From contig MU004189.1 in NCBI GenBank assembly GCA_010093605.1, positions 1,495,834 through 1,559,833 of the forward strand: a DNA stretch of 64,000 nt, written 5' to 3'. How positions within the stretch are numbered: the stretch's first letter is position 1; each line of letters starts with the position of its first letter. Source of the stretch: Lophium mytilinum. Lineage: Eukaryota. Below are positions 59,701 to 64,000 of the stretch, piece by piece. Both the position numbers and the translations under genes were made by a program. The notes under the pieces were generated by a model. That model was not told the DNA's origin, did no database searches, and saw nothing but the letters and a program-made list of their open reading frames with translations.

Positions 59701-62700
59701 GAAATGCACTTTGCGATAGCCAAAACCATGATCGAAAACGACTATCACGATGATTCGGTCGCCAACTCGAAAGGTCTTTATATTCGAAGCCGACACATCT
59801 GCTTAGCAGTGGATCTCATCAAGTCAAGAGTACAAAACCGTGCCCCCTACAGAGACGTGTTATATCAAGCGGCAGAGAATGCTCGAGAGTCGGGAGCACG
59901 CTCGACCGCATTATACTACTATACACATTGTCTTAACTTGCTACAGGACGACCCCTGGAACGAAAATACGCCCGACGTGTCTTACCAAGAAACGTTAACC
60001 TTGTTCACCCGATCGGCAGAGTGCTACTGGTTTCAAAGTATGTTCGAAGAAGCACTGGGCTTACTACAAACCACGTTCAGTAAAGCAAAGGATGCTGTGG
60101 ACAAAGCCCCTTCCTGGATCTTGCGTTCGCGAGTGTTCGCTGTGAAAGGTGACAGTTTCGCTGCGTTCCAAGCGCTAAAGCAATGTTTATCGGACCTTGG
60201 GGTTGAGATCGGGCGAACGACTTGGGAAGAATGTGACTCTGAGTTTCAACGACTATGCGCTGAACTGAAGAACGTTGATGGGGACGAGTTAGTAGCGAGA
60301 GCTCCGACGAACGATCGCAATCTCATGACAATGGGTGCCGTCTTTGTGGAGTTGCTCAGCGCCGCCTTCTGGAGTAATTCGCTCCTCTTCTATCAAATCA
60401 CTCTCAAAATGGTAGACATACATCTGCACAAAGGAACAGTTCCCCAAATCGGCTTGGGCTATGTTCACTTGGCATCAATCTGCGCAGGCCGATTCAATAT
60501 GGTAGAGTACGGCGTTGAAATCGGCGACATGGCTAAACGCCTTCTGGAAGTTTACCGCGAAGAGCCTTACACTGTGGGACGCGGACAAACTTTGCATGCC
60601 CTATTTATGGGTCACCTTCAAACCCATGTCCGCGATCAGGTTAGCAACATTTCTAGCTGGCGTACCCATCTTCAGAGCTCGCTAACATCTAATAGATCCC
60701 TATTCTGAATCGTGCAATGGAGGCAAGCCTTGTGGCCGGCGACCGTATCCTTTCATTGCTAAACCTAGGGGTTGTTGCCGCCTTCAGACTGTGGTCTTCC
60801 TACGATCTCGCCGAACTAGAAGCTTGGATAGACGAAGCCCCTATGGAGTTCAAGAATTGGCAAGAGGATTTGCGTGGAGGCGTCTTCCTTATCAGCGTCA
60901 AACAATATGCTCGCGCAATGCAAGGCAAGACGCACTCCCATTCCGCAGAGCTCGTAATGTCAGACGATGAACACCAGACAACAAAATACCTCGAGCATCT
61001 CGATTCAAGGGCTTCCAATTCGAAACGTCCCAGAACTATATACTTGAGCTACAAGCTCATAATACTATATAGGTTTGGATTCATTGCCGAGGCGATCGTG
61101 CTTGGAGAACTGCTTCTGCCCATGATGGAAAGTGTATGGTGTATGCGCCTTCAATATTCCAACCTTTTCTATCTCTCGTTGGCCTATCTAACTACCATCC
61201 GCGAACAATTCTCTACCATCAGCGCGTTCAAGAAAGGCAAATTACTGGATTTTGTAAGGTCTTCAATCAGCAAAATACGATCCTGCTGCGCCGTCACCGA
61301 CATCAACTACAGCATATGGCTATCTCTCCTCAGCGCTGAGCTACACGACCTTGATGGAGATCGAGTAACGGCTTTGGTGCATTACGAAGCTGCCATCGAC
61401 CACGCTGAACTTCATGGCTTTCTTCTCGACGAAGCTCTTTCGTACGAGCTTTACGCCGAATTCCTCCAGCGCGCGGGATCTACTAGGCCGGCTCGCCGTA
61501 TGCTGAAGGATTGTGTGTCGACCTACCGGCGTCTCAGCGCGTTTGGAAAATCCGATCAATTGGCTGCCAAATACGAGTGGCTCATCCAAGGGACTTCCAG
61601 CCTATCCACCATGGATGTCGCCTGTCAGACAACTATCATTGATACTGGGAATACCTCGTTCAAATTAGAGCAAAATGAAGATCAAGAGGCACGAATGCTC
61701 GGTGCAGAAACCTCGGTTGATCGGACACACGCTTGGCTTGGCCCAAGCAATTCCTCCGGCGCAGGAAAGCAATCGGCAACTCATAACGACCTTGAAGGTG
61801 GATTTTCGGCTGTCGGACTTGATATGATTGACCTCACTAGTATTCTGGAGTCGTCGCAGGTTCTATCTTCGGAGCTTCAAGTTGATCGATTGTTAGCGAA
61901 GATGACGGAGATTATTCTGGAAGCTACAGGAGCAGATCTAGGTGCCATTATTGTTGAGGATGATCAAATTCAATGGAGCGTCGCAGCTGTTGCAAGTCCT
62001 GATGGAGTCCAATCATACCCTGGTGGCCAGTCTTTGGAGACCGTCGAAGATCATGTGGCTCGTCAAGTAACGCTTTACGTTCTAAGATTCAAGGAGGTCG
62101 TGTTCGTCCAGAATTTGCTTGAAGATGACCGGTTTTCCAACGTATCAGAGTCCTACCTGAAGCGAAACCCTGTAGGCAAAGCAGTCATAGCAATCCCTAT
62201 ATTGCACGGAAACGACGACATTCTACTCGGCTCGATATACGTCGAAGGACCCCCAAATAGCTTCACTGAAAGGAACACAAACGTCCTCCGACTCCTTGTC
62301 AACCAAATTGCCATATCGCTTGCCAATGCTCTACTTTTCAAGCGGGTCGAAAAAGTGCGCGCGAGCAATGCAGCTATGTTGGAAATGCAAAAGAACTCTC
62401 TAGTCCAAGCACGGGAAGCTGAAAACAAAGCAAAGGAAGCAGAAGCCGTCGCTATTCGCACGATGAAGTTGAAAGAGGAGGCAGCCAAGGCGAAGTCCCT
62501 TTTCCTTGCGAACGTGTCGCACGAGCTACGCACGCCTCTCAACGGTGTTATTGGCATGAGTGAGCTTCTCAAAGCTAGTCCACTCAACGCTGAGCAAGCG
62601 GGATATGCAGATAGCATCCGCGTTTGTGCAGATACCCTTCTTTCGATCATCAACGACTTGCTAGACTACAGCAAACTGGAGGCTGGCAAGATGAGTATGA

Positions 62701-64000
62701 TATCGATGCCACTGAGCTTGACAGAAACAATTACCGAAGTCGTTCGTGCGTTGTCGTACACGAATGCCGAACGAGGGCTAAAAACCATAGAGCAGCTAGA
62801 ACTAGATCCCGATCTATTCGTCATGGGAGATCCTGTCCGTCTCCATCAGATTTTGATGAATTTACTCTCGAACAGCTACAAGTTCACGCCCAATGGCTCG
62901 GTTACAGTCAAAGCTACTGTGCAGCGAGAAGACGCAGACACAATTGACATCACTTGCAGCGTCATAGACACTGGAATTGGTATACCGGACGAGCAAAAGA
63001 AGAAGCTCTTCCTTCCATTCAGCCAAATCGAAAGCTCCAGCTCACGGAGCTATGGTGGTACCGGCCTAGGGCTGAGTATCTGCAAAGCAATCATCGAAAA
63101 CGTAATGATGGGCAAGATCTGGCTCGAGAGCACACCAGGAGTGGGAACTACGGTATCATTCTCGCTTAAGTTCAAAAAGATTCCTAAATCGGAGGCTATG
63201 CGAATGGAATGGGATTCGCGCGATCCCGATCCCATGGCGAAGTTTTCTGCTCAGGAGAACAATGGCCACGAGCAGCTACCAAACGGTTGTATTGATCTCT
63301 CTAAGGTTCCAAGGAAAGAGCTTCGTATTTGCATAGCCGAAGACAATCTCATCAACCAGCGGATAGCGATTTCGTTTGTGCAGAGGCTTGGGTTCATGTG
63401 CGAAGCTTGCGCAGATGGCCGGAAGACAATAGATGCGCTCGAGAAGGCAAGCGAAGAGGGTTTCCCGTTCCATCTTGTAAGCATAATTCCTGAAAGTATC
63501 CTTTGGGGGCAAAGCTGACATCCGATTTAGGTCTTGATGGACGTGCAGATGCCCGTCCTAGACGGCTACGACGCCACCAGAGAAATCCGACAGCACAAAG
63601 ATCCCGTAATCCGCAACGTCCTCATCATCGCCATGACCGCATCTGCTATTCAGGGGGACCGTGAAAAGTGCTTAGAGGCGGGCATGAACAATTACCTGGC
63701 AAAGCCAGTCCGGTACGCACCACGTCCCCTTTCTATCTCCCAGGTTACAGAAGTACATAAGCTAACGGTCGCATAGCGCCCAAACACTAAAAGCACTCCT
63801 CGAGTCCTATCTCTCCCAGCCTGAAAAGGACATGCCGGACCTCCAGCAACAGGCCAACACGCTCGCTAGACGGGTCATGATAGATGCTGAAAATGACGCC
63901 TCGGAAGTGAAAGAAAACCAGCGGCCCAAAAGCTCGAGGGAGAACACGGCGCTCCGGACGGGTGCGGTGCAGCAAGGGGCTCTCAAAGATTCGTCCACCA
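56737..64000 (+). CDS. Group X (Chk1/Mak2-3-like) hybrid histidine kinase: kinase-like, AAA, GAF, HisKA, HATPase and receiver domains; runs off the window end
   Basis: First exon from ATG 56737 (VPGYTWD...PFHS|SYDNWH). P-loop GAAGLGKS, H-box [37 protein letters not shown], and receiver AEDN / LMDVQMP / KP. Confidence 0.95.

Overview
Eukaryotic, intron-rich genomic DNA from a filamentous ascomycete, most likely a Dothideomycete (inferred from short GT-AG introns with CTRAC branch sites and the gene set). About 22 protein-coding loci were reconstructed by hand. They include MSH2, a Zn-dependent ADH, an SH3 membrane protein, an AlkB/CUE/GRF protein, PEX7, an acyltransferase, acylphosphatase, a Kar9-like protein, a kelch membrane protein, AIP1, a Zn2Cys6 TF, allantoicase, an ankyrin-DIL protein and a 3'-truncated group X hybrid histidine kinase. 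There is also an O-methyltransferase pseudogene and three TA-flanked Tc1/mariner-type MITEs. The most unusual locus (~17.9-20.4 kb) is a divergent mRNA-capping guanylyltransferase ORF with no coding introns and intact catalytic motifs. It sits in an odd predicted transcript with a 5'-UTR intron, a ~490-nt hairpin- and uATG-rich leader, a 3'-UTR intron and a duplicated 3' module. Other notable features are recurrent strand-independent C-rich to G-rich skew flips, two GC-AG introns, a 13-nt catalytic micro-exon and a divergent pair of tiny orphan membrane-protein genes. All calls are by eye and no searches were run.
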